Origin: Gekko japonicus
Taxonomy: Eukaryota
DNA: 64,000 nt
Direction of reading: 5' to 3'
NCBI RefSeq assembly: GCF_001447785.1
Contig: NW_015176458.1
Coordinates: 1,488,216 to 1,552,215 of the forward strand
The notes beneath the pieces were generated by a model, which made no database searches, was not told the origin of the DNA, and saw nothing but the letters and a program-made list of their open reading frames with translations. Shown one piece after another: positions 63,546 to 64,000 of this stretch. The position numbers and the translations under genes are program-made. Position 1 is the first letter of the stretch. The number at the start of each line of letters is the position of its first letter.

Positions 63546-64000
63546 AGATGCTATTTATTATATCCTGAAATGTCACTAGGGTTTAAAAAACAAACATTTT
63601 TAATATTGGGTAAAGAAAAAAAAAATCCTAGTCATCTTGCCATATGGAAACTATTTAGAATAATGTTTCATCAGTGTGACACTCAGCTAGAAATACTGGA
63701 AGCAGATCTTCGTTTAAACAGCTAAGATTAAAAAATGGCATGTCTTGTGGTTAATTGTACAGACAGTTTACCACTGGCCTAATGAGGGACAACATCTTCA
63801 TTCTAAGAGCCAGTGCTATGCGATATAATGCTTACCCATTATTTAAGTGCAAAATATTTCCATCTTTCCCATCTCTATATTTCTTTGGCAAACAGCAGCA
63901 TCTCTGAAGGAATCAAATGCCTCCCTGACAAGAGAGCAGTTCATTTCTGCTGGGAAACTGTCAGGCATCCTTCTTGGCCAGTAAATAAACTGACGGCCCT

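Overview
Non-coding vertebrate genomic DNA, almost certainly from a squamate and most likely a gecko. The inference rests on the repeats: Sauria SINEs, Squam3-type tRNA SINEs with (CTT)n tails, BovB and CR1. I recognise no host protein-coding gene. Every ORF in the track with recognisable homology is a decayed retroelement fragment: RTE/BovB, CR1, L2, L1 ORF1, R4/Dong, RTE-X-like or Penelope. The rest is SINEs, non-autonomous hAT-type MITEs (8-bp TSDs read directly), Harbinger-type palindromic MITEs (3-bp TSDs), probable solo LTRs, microsatellites and two assembly gaps. Repeat-free islands look like enhancer-type sequence, and there is one plausible short exon at 28350. The window reads as a large intron or gene desert. 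I did not find a convincing new biological system. The most interesting observations are Penelope-derived elements with decayed head-to-head hammerhead-ribozyme cores, a 5S-rRNA/RTE chimeric SINE family, two identical young CR1 copies (one inserted into a hairpin), a Squam3 trimer, a young BovB copy with a TSD, and near-perfect 285-bp palindromes. Family names come from my recognition of consensus-like sequence, not from database searches. Boundaries without a stated TSD are approximate.
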